A stretch of DNA of 50,010 bases from Natronomonas sp. (GCF_046710025.1 NZ_JBKEGK010000001.1:1-50010), one strand, 5' to 3'; shown: positions 30,955 through 41,698, counted from the stretch's first letter. Notes: a model not told the origin generated them from the letters alone. A program made the numbers and translations.

Positions 30955-31130
30955 TCGGCGCCCGGTTCCACCCCTTCGCGGTCCGTCCCCCATCGCCGCG
31001 AGCGCCTGTACCGAGCAGTATCTCCCGCCCCATCTCAATCGGTGCTATATCCGAGAGGATGTGGATACACTTCTGTCGGGCCTGTCCCCGTCCGCAGGAC
31101 GGATACGTGTTCCACCCCACCAACTAGTGC

Positions 31131-32534
31131 ATGTCTGTGCACGTCGCAGTTGTCGGTGCGTACGGGAGTGCAGGCGTTGCTGCCGCCGAGCAGCTCGCGG
31201 ACACCCCGAAAATCGAGTTGACGCTGATCGACGATGGCGACCCGGGTGGCGGGCTCTGTATTCTCCGCGGGTGTATGCCCTCAAAAGAGGTCCTGTCAGC
31301 CGCCGAACACCGCTTTGCGGCGCGTCACGACGACCGACTCAACGGATCGCTCCCGGATATCGATCTTGAGGCCGTCATTAGAACGAAAGACGAACACACG
31401 TCGAACTTCGCCGCCCACCGTCGCACCGCGGTTGAGCGACTTGAGCAGCGCGACGGCGTCACGCTACTCAACGACACTGCACGGTTCGTCGATGATCGGC
31501 GACTCGCCGTCGGCGATCGGATACTCGACCCGGACTACGTCGTGATTGCAACCGGGTCGACGGCCAATATCCCGTCGTTGCCGGGCATCGGCGGTACCGA
31601 GGTGCTGACGAGCGCGGATGTCCTGGACACGACCGCGTTCGGTAAAACGGGGGTCGTGATGGGGTTCGGGTACGTCGGCATGGAGCTGGTGCCGTATCTC
31701 AGCGAGGCTGCGGGAATGGATCTCACGGTAATCGAACATGACGCACGCCCACTTGATGAGGCGGATGCCGCCTTTGGCGATGCACTACTGGAGTACTATC
31801 GTGACGCCTTCGATATCGACGTTCTTGCGCACGCCGAGGAGCAACGCATTGAGACGACGGAGGCGGGCGGGGTCAGGCTTCACGTCGACCACGACGGCGT
31901 TAAAAAGACAATCGAGGCCGACCAAGCGTTCGCATTCACCGGCCGTCGTCCGAACATCGATAGTCTGGGGCTGGAGGCAACGAGCCTCGATCCGGGCCGC
32001 GGGTGGGTCGACGACTCGATGCGTGCTCGCAACGACGACCGCGTCTTTGTTGTCGGCGATGCCAACGGAAAAGAGCCGATTCTCCACGTCGCGAAAGAAC
32101 AGGGTGCTACGGCAGCCGAAAACATCCGCCGGCACCGCAACGGCGACTCGCCCGCCCAGTACAGGAATATCCATCACCACGTCGTCTTCTCAGGGCTGGG
32201 CGTGTTGCCGTTCGCCCGGGTGGGGCACTCAGCGGCGTCAGCCGACGCGGCGGGCCTCAGTCACCACGTCATTACGCGAGAGGCCGCGAGCGATGGCGTC
32301 TTCACGGCCAAAAACGTCCCCGAAGGGCTCGCGCGGCTCGTTGTCGGCGTCAACGGAACGATTCTTGGCTATCAGGGTCTCCACTATCACGCCGACGCGA
32401 TGGCCAAGACGATGCAGTTGGCCGTCGAAGGGGAGATGCAGGTCAGCGACGTCCCCGACCGGGCGTACCACCCGACGACGCCCGAGATTCTCGACGGGCT
32501 CTTCCGCGACGCGGCGGCAGAACTCGCAACGTAG
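31131..32534 (+). CDS. Dihydrolipoyl dehydrogenase-family FAD-dependent pyridine nucleotide-disulfide oxidoreductase
   Basis: GGLCILRGCMPSK redox disulfide, IATGS, GFGYVG, VGD, C-terminal HPTTPE. Confidence 0.9.
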   Translation: MSVHVAVVGAYGSAGVAAAEQLADTPKIELTLIDDGDPGGGLCILRGCMPSKEVLSAAEHRFAARHDDRLNGSLPDIDLEAVIRTKDEHTSNFAAHRRTAVERLEQRDGVTLLNDTARFVDDRRLAVGDRILDPDYVVIATGSTANIPSLPGIGGTEVLTSADVLDTTAFGKTGVVMGFGYVGMELVPYLSEAAGMDLTVIEHDARPLDEADAAFGDALLEYYRDAFDIDVLAHAEEQRIETTEAGGVRLHVDHDGVKKTIEADQAFAFTGRRPNIDSLGLEATSLDPGRGWVDDSMRARNDDRVFVVGDANGKEPILHVAKEQGATAAENIRRHRNGDSPAQYRNIHHHVVFSGLGVLPFARVGHSAASADAAGLSHHVITREAASDGVFTAKNVPEGLARLVVGVNGTILGYQGLHYHADAMAKTMQLAVEGEMQVSDVPDRAYHPTTPEILDGLFRDAAAELAT

Positions 32535-32713
32535 CGTTCTATCGTCATCCCGTGACACGCTCCACGAGTATTAAATAGGCTATTTGATACATCTCTTTCG
32601 TCCCATGTTTATATCGGGCTGGAGGACTCGTTTTAAATTTCCTTTGACCATATATACGATAGAGTACACTAAACGTTACAATTCGATGTCGAGGGTGCCG
32701 AACTTCTGTCAGA

Positions 32714-33409
32714 CTACACCGGGCCGGTTTTGGGTGTGATCTGTCCGCTCTCTTTGACTCTTTTGACGAGCTGATTTCCATCGTACTCCTCGAGACGAGC
32801 GGTAATATCAGTTATATCCTGTACGCCTCGGGGCTGGAGATACCGCATACACTTGAGCCCGGTCTCGTGGAGATCCTGTGACGGCGCGGCTGTCGCCTGT
32901 TCAGCAACCCTGAATGCGTAGTCATGCTCGTGGGCCCCGTGGGCCGTATAATGCACGCATATATTCGTCATAAATCCAACTAGAATCACGGTATCGATGT
33001 CGTACGTCCGAAGGATGTGCTCGATATCCGTGCGGTGGAAGAAATTGTATCTACGCTTGACGATCACGTACTCCGCGGGTTCCATGTCATCCTCGTCTAT
33101 CGAAAGGATCGGATCGAACTGCTCGGCACGCGTTCCGACGATTCCGTGTTCCGGCTCACACGATTCGATCTCTGCGCCGTAATCAGCAAAGTCGGGTCGG
33201 TGTAGCTCTTTGCCCCAAATGATCGGGATATCAGCGCTTCGAGCGTGCTCGACGACGGTGTTGATGTTTTCCATCACGGCATCTCTACCCCCAGGAATCG
33301 ATGCCGCACCCGAACTCATCGCTTCCTCACTTTCAGAGGTGGTTTGTTGCGGATCAATAACTATCAACGCCGGATTGTCACCGATCGGATCGTCAGTTGT
33401 GGGTATCAT
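32714..33409 (-). CDS. Isochorismatase-family cysteine hydrolase (amidase)
   Basis: Catalytic triad D (IVIDPQ), K (VKRRYNFF), C (GFMTNICV). Confidence 0.9.
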   Translation of the reverse strand: MIPTTDDPIGDNPALIVIDPQQTTSESEEAMSSGAASIPGGRDAVMENINTVVEHARSADIPIIWGKELHRPDFADYGAEIESCEPEHGIVGTRAEQFDPILSIDEDDMEPAEYVIVKRRYNFFHRTDIEHILRTYDIDTVILVGFMTNICVHYTAHGAHEHDYAFRVAEQATAAPSQDLHETGLKCMRYLQPRGVQDITDITARLEEYDGNQLVKRVKESGQITPKTGPV

Positions 33410-33548
33410 TTTACAATAGACTGTTATTTTGAACGGTATTAAGTATACTTGTGTTGTCTATACATACTGTAGGCCACAGTATCAATCAGTTTTTTCGATA
33501 ACTACGTGTCACTCCTGATCGAACACGGGTGGCGGGGGAACTGGACGC

Positions 33549-34049
33549 CTACTCGTGAGACGGCCCCCATTCAGACCACGGGATGTCGCGGCCGGGGTAT
33601 GCCGTCTTCATAAATGGCCAGTCGTCTGAAATCCACTTCCGGAGGCGGCTCTCGATAGCACCGGCGAGCCCCATCTCCACGGCGGCCTCGGCTGTCCAAA
33701 AATAGATTGCCACCTCGTACTCATCCCTCCGCGTGGGCTGCACGTAGAGGCATCCCAACTCCACGCTCTCACCGGGATCGCAAACCGAATAGGTAAACGA
33801 ATCACGGCGCTGGTGTTCTTTTTGATGCCAGGCGACGTCGATCCGGTTCTGTTCGAGTGTGAGATCCGATGACGGCCACCGATGGTCCGGGCCGAACGTT
33901 CCTCGGATCCGCTCACGACTCGCCATCACTGCCGCACAGTCCATCTCCGCATCTGTAATTCGCAGCGGTCGAATAACGAAGCGTTCAGTTTCGACCTGTT
34001 CTGGAACGGGCGTATCGTTTGCGATGAGGTTTGGTGTCTCGAATGGCAT
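33549..34049 (-). CDS. GNAT (RimJ/RimL-like) family protein
   Basis: ETERFVIRPL..DA..D..AVMAS, WP..LTLEQN, FTYSV..ELGCLY..P; start MPFETP at 34049. Confidence 0.72.
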   Translation of the reverse strand: MPFETPNLIANDTPVPEQVETERFVIRPLRITDAEMDCAAVMASRERIRGTFGPDHRWPSSDLTLEQNRIDVAWHQKEHQRRDSFTYSVCDPGESVELGCLYVQPTRRDEYEVAIYFWTAEAAVEMGLAGAIESRLRKWISDDWPFMKTAYPGRDIPWSEWGPSHE

Positions 34050-34074
34050 ATGACGTGGTCTCCGGTACGTCCGC

Positions 34075-34740
34075 TTAGAGTCTGTCGTCCCAACTGCCCT
34101 TATTCGGGAAGTCGAGGAACCTATCCAGCTTTGTCCGCGCATCGTCGAACACCGAAGAGCCGTGAAAGACGAGGCCAACATCGAACGCGTACTCCTGTAG
34201 CCGCTCAAGATAGTACTCCGCGCGCACCAAGTCGTCGGAGTAGATGCCCTCTACTGGTATAAAATACCCTTCCGGAAGCCCCCGCCAGTCCGAACCGATT
34301 ACCGCATCGCCCATGACGGCCACCGGTTCGTCGGCAGCGACGAGCGCGTAATTGTCCTCGCAGTGGCCGGGGATATGGACCGCGGTGAACGGTCCGACGG
34401 ACGCCTCGTGTGAGAAACGCTCGTCCGGCCGATGTTCCGTTTGGAGCTCCGACTGCTCGGGGACACATGTTTCTACGTCGTACTCTTCGACGACCGCGTC
34501 GAATCCGCCGACGTGATCGTGATGAGCGTGTGTCAGTATCACCCGTTCGGGCGTGGTTTCGATCGACCGTAGCCGACTCAGTAGCGCTTCGGTCGCTTCG
34601 CTGGGCCCAGTGTCGACCAGCGTTGGGACCTCCCAGTCAAACAGAAACGAACGATAACGCGCCGGTTCGTTCGTCAGTGTCAGGTCGAACACGCCGTCCA
34701 CGACCTCTGTGATCTGGTCCGTGGTGTCCGGGATTGTCAT
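34075..34740 (-). CDS. Metallo-beta-lactamase-fold hydrolase
   Basis: LVDTG, THAHHDHVGG, PGH, GDA, HG metal ligands. Confidence 0.9.
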   Translation of the reverse strand: MTIPDTTDQITEVVDGVFDLTLTNEPARYRSFLFDWEVPTLVDTGPSEATEALLSRLRSIETTPERVILTHAHHDHVGGFDAVVEEYDVETCVPEQSELQTEHRPDERFSHEASVGPFTAVHIPGHCEDNYALVAADEPVAVMGDAVIGSDWRGLPEGYFIPVEGIYSDDLVRAEYYLERLQEYAFDVGLVFHGSSVFDDARTKLDRFLDFPNKGSWDDRL

Positions 34741-34804
34741 CTGTGTATCCGGTCGTTCTCCGGGTGTGTGTGCAGGCTTGACGGCAAAACAAGTACTTCG
34801 CTCA

Positions 34805-35782
34805 TCAACAAAACTTGGCCTCGAAGAACCTGGTTACGGCATTGGCTCCCAACATAGCTGTTGTATCGCTAGCATCGTCTACTGGCGGTGAAACCTCGAC
34901 TAAATCCATCGCCGCAACGTCATCGCACGCCCCGAGTAGATCCATCGCTCGTAAGAACTGGACACTTGTCAGCCCCCCTGGCTCGGGCGTCCCGGTTCCT
35001 GGCGCATACGCCGGGTCAAGGGCATCGATGTCGACAGTCAAATATACCGCCTCGGTATCCTGACTCGCGTGATCGATAGCCTCCGCAATCACCGCATCGA
35101 TACCGTCCTTGCGAACGTCTCGGGCGTACTTGACGAGCAGCCCCTCCGAATCAACGCGGTCTCTGAACCCCTCTCGCTCGTACCCACGGATCCCGATCAT
35201 AGCGTGATTCCGATAGCTCCCGGCGGGCAGGTCGTTGATGCGAGCCATCGGCGAGCCGTGCCAGTGATCGCCATACAGCTCGTTGCCATCGATCGTGTCG
35301 CTGTGCGCATCCAGGTGGATGAGTCCGACGTCACCGTCAACCGTCTCAGCGAACCCATCGAACGCTGGATACGTCAGGTAATGATCGCCACCGAGCATGA
35401 TCGGGAAAGCCGTCTCAGCGATCGTCTCGGCGTATCGCTTGACCTGTTTTCTGGTCCGTTCGACGTCGTTGGGGACGGTCGGTGCATCTCCACAATCGCA
35501 CAGCGTTACCGCCTCGTGGGCGACGTGCCGATCCGTGTCGGCGTTGTAGGCCCCGTCAGCGCCTCCGGCGAAATGGTCATACCAAGCACTCGCCTGTCGG
35601 AGCTCCTGCGGCCCGTACCGTGTTCCCGGTCGCCGAGAGACGGCCCCGTCAAACGGAGCGCCGAATACGGCCACATCGGTGTCAGCGGTGAGCTCCGATG
35701 GGTCCGCTGCAGGAGCTTTGAGAAATGTTCCAGTGTTTGCAAACGATAACTCCGGGACGTCGTTTTGATTCGTGTCTGTCAT
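34805..35782 (-). CDS. Ureohydrolase (agmatinase/guanidinobutyrase-like)
   Basis: GAPFD, PGTRYGP, GGDH, DAHSD, HGSP, DIDALDP.YAPGTGTPEPGG, DLVEVSP. Confidence 0.92.
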   Translation of the reverse strand: MTDTNQNDVPELSFANTGTFLKAPAADPSELTADTDVAVFGAPFDGAVSRRPGTRYGPQELRQASAWYDHFAGGADGAYNADTDRHVAHEAVTLCDCGDAPTVPNDVERTRKQVKRYAETIAETAFPIMLGGDHYLTYPAFDGFAETVDGDVGLIHLDAHSDTIDGNELYGDHWHGSPMARINDLPAGSYRNHAMIGIRGYEREGFRDRVDSEGLLVKYARDVRKDGIDAVIAEAIDHASQDTEAVYLTVDIDALDPAYAPGTGTPEPGGLTSVQFLRAMDLLGACDDVAAMDLVEVSPPVDDASDTTAMLGANAVTRFFEAKFC

Positions 35783-35822
35783 GGGTGCTTCCGTCTCGTA
35801 TTCAATTGGGCTGATATCCGAC

Positions 35823-36629
35823 TCATTCCCATAGGCCTCCGGCGAGGTAGTCTGCGATCGTCAGGCCGACGAAGGTGACTATAATAAACAGCAGACTGAT
35901 CACTGCGATCACCGGCGAGTAGCTATATCTGAGACTCGTGAAGATCTGTATCGGCACTGTCTGTATGCTGAACCCCGACAGTAGCCAAGCGATAATGTAT
36001 TCGTTCAGGGACAAGATGAACGCGAACAGGAACCCGGCGATGACGTTCGCCCTAACGAGCGGGAACGTGATCGTTCGAACCGTACGTAGCTGTGAGGCCC
36101 CCAAATTCCGGGCGGCTTCCTCGTAGCTTTGATCTAAGTCCGCCAGCCCCTGACTGATCAGAATAAACGGGAACGGCGTCAAAAAGATCGAGTGAGCGAT
36201 GATCAGATTCCATATGTTCCCGGAGATGCCGATGGCGATAAAGAAGGTCATAAACATCACTCCGACGATCACCGGTGGGAGCATGATCGGAACTGTTGCA
36301 GCAGCGGCCAGGGCTCGGCCGAACCTGTAATCGTGACGGTCAAGACTGTACGCCGCGGTTCCTCCGACAGTAGTTGCGATGAGGGCTGCCGGAATGGCAA
36401 CGACAACACTGTTTCGAATGGCATCTAGCCAACTGGTGAGCTCCCCGAACCACCGCAGCGAAACCCCCTCCGGCGGAAACACGAGGAATTCGCCGCTTGT
36501 GAAAGCCATCGCACAAATAACCACCAGCGGCATGAGCACGAACAGCAGGACGACCCATGCGAACACGCGCATGATGCCTGCCGTGAGTCGGTCCCTAACG
36601 TTTGGGTCAACGCCGTCAGCGATACTCAT
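35823..36629 (-). CDS. PotC-like ABC permease
   Basis: FPPEG.SLRWF, YEEAARNLGA, FILSLNEY; ATG at 36629 overlaps the stop of the PotB-like gene. Confidence 0.9.
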   Translation of the reverse strand: MSIADGVDPNVRDRLTAGIMRVFAWVVLLFVLMPLVVICAMAFTSGEFLVFPPEGVSLRWFGELTSWLDAIRNSVVVAIPAALIATTVGGTAAYSLDRHDYRFGRALAAAATVPIMLPPVIVGVMFMTFFIAIGISGNIWNLIIAHSIFLTPFPFILISQGLADLDQSYEEAARNLGASQLRTVRTITFPLVRANVIAGFLFAFILSLNEYIIAWLLSGFSIQTVPIQIFTSLRYSYSPVIAVISLLFIIVTFVGLTIADYLAGGLWE

Positions 36630-37525
36630 ATCGATGCCCTCCGCTCTCCACCGAGCAGATACCAACCGACTGCGAGGATGGCGCCGACAACGAGTAACAA
36701 CACGATACTGATCGTGGCTCCGTAGGGTATGTTCCCTTCAACCCCGACTTGATTGCCGATCAACACTGCGAGGGTCCATTGCGGTGGGTTACCGAGGATC
36801 CGTGGAAGGACGTACACGCCCAACGAAAGCACGAAAACCAACATCGATCCACTGACGATCCCGCCCTTTGTCAGCGGGAGTGTAACGTTCCGGAAGGTTG
36901 TAAGCGGCCTTGCGCCGAGGCTCCGCGAAGCCTCCTGAAGACTATCATCAACCTCACGGATGCTTGTATAGAGCGTCAGTACCATGAACGGCAAAAACAC
37001 GTAGACCATGCCCACGACCAACGCCATGTAACTCGGGACAAGCGCGACAGGTTCCTCAAGAATGCCGAGCGATGATGCGACTGTCGGAACGATGCTATCA
37101 CTCGATAGGAGGACCTGCCACGCAAACGCCCGGATGATGAAGGTCAAAAACAGCGATGAGATTATTATCGAGAGGTACACTCGGCGCCACAGCTCGCTAT
37201 CCAAACTAGCAATGTAGTATGCGAGGGGGTAGCCGATCACCAAACAGGAGGCGGTTGTCAACCCCGCAACTCGGAGGGTGTATATCATCCGCCCTTGGAA
37301 CAAGTCACTCCCGAAAAACCGCACATAGTTCTCAAAGGTGAACGCCGGTTGAAAGAAGCCCCCCTCGATATTTTCGAACGTACTTACCACTACCAACAGC
37401 AGCAGAGGAAGCACAAAGAACAGCGCTAACACGGCCGCTGGATACGAGACGATCAGGTACTTCGTCCGCGGCCAGATATCGTTCTCGATGATACTCTCAC
37501 CGAGCGTTGGTTCTTCGGTACTCAT
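36626..37525 (-). CDS. PotB-like ABC permease
   Basis: FTFENY, IGYPLAY, YVFLPFMVL, EASRSLGA. Confidence 0.9.
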   Translation of the reverse strand: MSTEEPTLGESIIENDIWPRTKYLIVSYPAAVLALFFVLPLLLLVVVSTFENIEGGFFQPAFTFENYVRFFGSDLFQGRMIYTLRVAGLTTASCLVIGYPLAYYIASLDSELWRRVYLSIIISSLFLTFIIRAFAWQVLLSSDSIVPTVASSLGILEEPVALVPSYMALVVGMVYVFLPFMVLTLYTSIREVDDSLQEASRSLGARPLTTFRNVTLPLTKGGIVSGSMLVFVLSLGVYVLPRILGNPPQWTLAVLIGNQVGVEGNIPYGATISIVLLLVVGAILAVGWYLLGGERRASI

Positions 37526-38607
37526 TGAGCTAACAACAGACAATCGGTGGCTGACAGCCGGAGTTGAATATCGTCGTCCTCTCCGGCATTTGTCTCATCG
37601 ACTCGCTCGACGGCGATCACAGAGTCGCCGGTACCCGTATTCACGTGGTATTCGATCTGATCGCCGGTGTATCGTTTGACAGCGACTGTTCCGTCGAACA
37701 CCGTGCTCCCGTCTCCAGAGCCATCTGCAGCCGTCTTTCGGGTATCCACTGACAGGTGTTCCGGGCGAAACACGGCGGACACTGAGTCCCCGAGCGCAAC
37801 GTCTTCGGTGTCTCCGGATTTCATCACAGCCTGGCCGCAGTCGACGGTCGCGAGACCGTCTTCGATAGCCGAGACGGTCCCGGAAAAAATGTTGGCAGTT
37901 CCAACGAAGTTGGCCACGAAAGGGGTAGCCGGATTCGAGTACACGTCTTCCGGAGCTCCGATTTGCTCGAAATCCCCGTCGTTCATTACGACGATTCGGT
38001 CAGACATCGTCAGCGCCTCCTTTTGATTGTGTGTGACAAGTATCGTCGTAATATCCAGTTTTCGCTGAATGCGCCGCAACTCGACCTGCATGGTCTCGCG
38101 AAGTTTCTTGTCCAGACTCGCAAGCGGCTCGTCGAGCAACAACACGTCCGGCTCTGGGGCTACAGCGCGGGCAAGTGCGATTCGTTGTTGTTGTCCTCCG
38201 GAGAGTTGGTCGGGCATGCGGTCTCTCGTCTTCGGCAGCTCAACCAACTCAAGCATCTCATTAACCCGGTCGTCGATACGGTCGCTGTCGTAGCCACGAA
38301 CTTGCAGTCCGTAGCCGATGTTTTGGGCTACAGTTTTATGCGGAAAGAGGGCAAAGTCCTGAAACACCATCCCGATGTCACGCTTGTCGGGTGGGACGGT
38401 GTTCACACGGTTGTTATTTATACCGACGAACCCCTCTGTGGGCTGCTCGAATCCAGCAATAGTGCGCAGTGTCGTCGTTTTGCCACAACCGCTCGGTCCA
38501 ACAAGCGTAACGAACTCGCCATCATCGACGACAAGCGACACGCCGCTGACCGCTTCAACGTCTCCGGGGTATCGTTTCGTGATACCTTCAAGAACAACAC
38601 GTGACAT
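37522..38607 (-). CDS. PotA-like ABC ATPase
   Basis: [32 protein letters not shown]-terminal TOBE-like domain. Confidence 0.93.
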   Translation of the reverse strand: MSRVVLEGITKRYPGDVEAVSGVSLVVDDGEFVTLVGPSGCGKTTTLRTIAGFEQPTEGFVGINNNRVNTVPPDKRDIGMVFQDFALFPHKTVAQNIGYGLQVRGYDSDRIDDRVNEMLELVELPKTRDRMPDQLSGGQQQRIALARAVAPEPDVLLLDEPLASLDKKLRETMQVELRRIQRKLDITTILVTHNQKEALTMSDRIVVMNDGDFEQIGAPEDVYSNPATPFVANFVGTANIFSGTVSAIEDGLATVDCGQAVMKSGDTEDVALGDSVSAVFRPEHLSVDTRKTAADGSGDGSTVFDGTVAVKRYTGDQIEYHVNTGTGDSVIAVERVDETNAGEDDDIQLRLSATDCLLLAQ

Positions 38608-38608
38608 G

Positions 38609-39808
38609 CTATTGTCCTTGGACGATGAGTTCGTTCCACAGTTGATTGACTAACTGCTCCTGTTCGACGTACAACTCGAAGCTTGGAATGATAGCCTCCT
38701 CGATACCCGGACCAGCGGCGCGAGCGTACTCCTCATCGTTGAGAGAACTGTGTTGCTCTTCGATCGCTGGGAAGGTGAACAACTCCCTTGTGATCCGATC
38801 TTGCGTCTCGGGACGCGAGGCGTACTCGATCAGCTGCTTTGCTGCTTCCGTGTTTTCGGTCGTGCGGGGCGATACCCACCGGCCGGACCCGAGTACGGAA
38901 CCCTCATCAGGAAACGTGCTCTGAACGGGAGCGTCCTGTGAGACCCGAAGCACACGTGTAATATCGTGGTACAGCATACCGGCCGGAATCTCACCACTGG
39001 CGAGACGTGACTGAAAATTCGCTTCGTTCGTGTACCACAGCGCCGACTGGGGAACGATACCGCTTAGCTCCTCGAACACTTCCCTGATCCCGTCCTCGGT
39101 GTCGAGTAGGTCCTGCCCGCTCAGTCGAACTTCCGCGGTGATATCCGGCAGAAACCCGGTAACTGCCGGCGACATCATCGCGAGTTGCTCTTCGTACTGT
39201 GAATCCCACAGCGAATTCCATGACGTTAACGGTCCGCCAAACTCTTCGGTGTTGTGAACGAGATTAATAAACCATCCCATCGACCCGACGCCGATGAGAT
39301 CCCCGTCGTCGTGGGTCATCAGGTCATCTTCGATGAACTGCGTATTCTCGAACTCGTCTGAAGCCCAGCGGTGCCACAGATCAGAATTAATACCGCGCAG
39401 AACCCCAGGAACCGTCATTATCAGTAGGTCGACCGGCGCATTGCCGTTGCGGACGGCACCCTCAAGATTGGGGATGACCTCCGCAGCCCCTCCCTGTGCC
39501 TCAGACTGTACCGTAATCTCAGTTTCTTCCTCAAACGGTGCAAAGAGAGTCTCGTCGAGAATATCTTTGAACGCGCCACCAAACACCGATACCGTCAGAG
39601 AGCCCGGCCCACTGTCGCCGCCGGCCCCGGAACACCCCGCCAATGCAGCCGTTCCGATTCCAGCGGCTGTCGTTGCGAGTATTTGCCGCCTTGATCGCCA
39701 CGAGTCCGTTTCGCCCACCGTGTCCTCGCGTATCGACTCGGTTGAATCCTGATGTCTGTCTTTTTCGCTACCCTGTTTCATTTCATTCATACGTATCGTA
39801 TGTTCCAA
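38609..39808 (-). CDS. PotD/PotF-family ABC substrate-binding lipoprotein (Tat)
   Basis: SRRQIL twin-arginine plus LAGC lipobox; FGG motif, SWNSLWD, PDEG; start may be 39790 or 39781. Confidence 0.85.
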   Translation of the reverse strand: MEHTIRMNEMKQGSEKDRHQDSTESIREDTVGETDSWRSRRQILATTAAGIGTAALAGCSGAGGDSGPGSLTVSVFGGAFKDILDETLFAPFEEETEITVQSEAQGGAAEVIPNLEGAVRNGNAPVDLLIMTVPGVLRGINSDLWHRWASDEFENTQFIEDDLMTHDDGDLIGVGSMGWFINLVHNTEEFGGPLTSWNSLWDSQYEEQLAMMSPAVTGFLPDITAEVRLSGQDLLDTEDGIREVFEELSGIVPQSALWYTNEANFQSRLASGEIPAGMLYHDITRVLRVSQDAPVQSTFPDEGSVLGSGRWVSPRTTENTEAAKQLIEYASRPETQDRITRELFTFPAIEEQHSSLNDEEYARAAGPGIEEAIIPSFELYVEQEQLVNQLWNELIVQGQ

Positions 39809-40029
39809 TTTTACTTGAGGTATTAAGGTCTTTTCCTGATATAGGTATAAGAAACAGATTAGTGCGTTCAGACATGGGTTGTTACTGTCTACCAGTACTG
39901 TATCAGTCTCCCCGGCACTGATTATACTGTATAAATTTTTTAAACATTGTCCTCATGCAGAGGACATATCGACACCGGTCACTTTTATGAAACTACTACT
40001 GTACGATCGTGCGAGTATAGTACATATGC

Positions 40030-40070
40030 AGAGAGCCGGCATCAACGCGTGTAGAGAGCCGGTATCAACG
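40030..40070 (+). repeat. 18-bp direct repeat AGAGAGCCGG(C/T)ATCAACG x2
   Basis: Copies at 40030-40047 and 40053-40070, one mismatch. Confidence 0.85.
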
Positions 40071-40109
40071 GGCTAGGACGGGCTGCCGGCCGCGTGCTCT
40101 ATCGATGGG

Positions 40110-41321
40110 TTACTCTATTGATACTTCTGCCTGGATCGGCATTCGATCGAACCCGAGTTTTGAGGCCTTCGGCTTCGGAACAAGTGCATCCTGTTCGAGA
40201 CTGAGGTCTCGAATAGTATCAAAGAACGTCCGCAGTATTATCGGCGCCTCCATCCGGGCTATCGGTGCACCGATACAGCTGTGTGCCCCACTGCCGAAAG
40301 CTAAGTGTTTGGGGTCTCTGTGCGGACAGAACGCGTCCGGTTCGTCGAAACGGGCCGGATCACGGTTTGCGGCTCCGATCCATAGGATCACGGTTTCGTC
40401 CGCCGGAATAGTCGTTCCATCCAACGTAACTGCTTCAGTTGTCTTCCGTGCTCGGGCTTGGAGCGGGCTCCTATACCGGAGTACCTCTTCGACTAAAATC
40501 TCGAAATCGTACTCGTCGACGTTTCCAACGAGGTCGTGTTCGTCTAATATATAGATCGCGTTGCCCAGTAATTCCGACATCGTTCCTTGGCCGGCAAGCG
40601 CGAAGTCGAAACAATTCGATCCGATCTCCTCGTTGGTAAGATCCGTCTCCTGGGCTAACTCGGAGATGAGATCGTTTTGCGGGCTTGAACTGCGTTCGTC
40701 AACCAGCGTCTCAAAGTACTCGGCAGCCGCAGTCATATGCTTTCCTTTGACGCTTCCCTCCGCGCTATCTTCGCTCGTCATGACAGACCGAAACGTCTCC
40801 AACCACTCCAGAAGCTGTTGATGATCTTCCTGTGGAATGCCGACGATACTCATGATAACACGGAGCGGAACCGGAACGGCAAACTCGTCCACGAAGTCGA
40901 ATTCACCGCCGTCGTCTAGCGCAGTATCTAGTTGTGCCTCGGTAATAGAGACGATAGATTCCTCAATTCCTTTCAACATTCTCGGGCTGAAGTATCTGAA
41001 CAGCTCTCCTTTCACCCCCTTGTGCTCCGATCCATCGGACCAAACCATCGCGGTATCGAAGTACGATAATGCGTTGTTCGTCCGATCACCCGCCAACGGC
41101 GGTCTGATGAGCTGTTCGCTGTTCTGTAAGCCCTCTTTTACCTGTTTGTAACTGAATACATCGTACACACCGCGATGGTCGTCGTACTGTACTGACGACG
41201 CACGGCGGTTTTTGTGATACCACGCGAACGGGTCATGTAAGGCTTCAATAGAGCGTAATCCTCTCGGCAGCGAATCATCAATATTTGCGTCGAAAGCTTT
41301 CGAACCAGACCCCATATTCAA
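40110..41321 (-). CDS. Cytochrome P450 (CYP109/CYP107-like)
   Basis: ExxR (EEVLR), AANRDP..F.EPD.F, heme motif FGSGAHSCIG; I-helix AGQGT; start may be ATG 41315. Confidence 0.93.
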   Translation of the reverse strand: MNMGSGSKAFDANIDDSLPRGLRSIEALHDPFAWYHKNRRASSVQYDDHRGVYDVFSYKQVKEGLQNSEQLIRPPLAGDRTNNALSYFDTAMVWSDGSEHKGVKGELFRYFSPRMLKGIEESIVSITEAQLDTALDDGGEFDFVDEFAVPVPLRVIMSIVGIPQEDHQQLLEWLETFRSVMTSEDSAEGSVKGKHMTAAAEYFETLVDERSSSPQNDLISELAQETDLTNEEIGSNCFDFALAGQGTMSELLGNAIYILDEHDLVGNVDEYDFEILVEEVLRYRSPLQARARKTTEAVTLDGTTIPADETVILWIGAANRDPARFDEPDAFCPHRDPKHLAFGSGAHSCIGAPIARMEAPIILRTFFDTIRDLSLEQDALVPKPKASKLGFDRMPIQAEVSIE

Positions 41322-41500
41322 ACAGGACTTATCCTAATTATTTAAGAGTTTTCGAGATATATGCATATATTATTAAAATAGTCTGTATAACACGGCTTGT
41401 TCAGCACTATCCCACCGGTTAGTGATTGTTGGTACATGTACGTACTGTTTAAACAACTGAGTTGATGATGCGTACTTGATCACGTTTGTTTCGGAGACTA

Positions 41501-41520
41501 AGCTAATATCCGTATTAGCT
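41501..41520. promoter_or_regulatory. Perfect inverted repeat AGCTAATA-N4-TATTAGCT between the divergent P450 and ABM genes
   Basis: Read directly from the sequence; operator role is inferred. Confidence 0.45.
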
Positions 41521-41698
41521 AAGAGATTTCTATAGTGAACGCAGATTTAATATACGAAGCATTTGATTATAAGCGAGTGAAAGCAAAAATCACAAATATA
41601 CTGTCCGAAACTCGCACGACCCTACCCGGGCCTGACGGATGTCACAGCCATCTTAGCGTAGTTGATCTGTTGTGTGAGCTTCGAGTCGCAGCACAATC

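Noticed and set aside
34050-34208. Long overlap of the GNAT ORF with the MBL gene, considered as a frameshift fusion
   Set aside because: The MBL gene has its own stop at 34075, the GNAT has a good ATG at 34049, and no slippery site was seen
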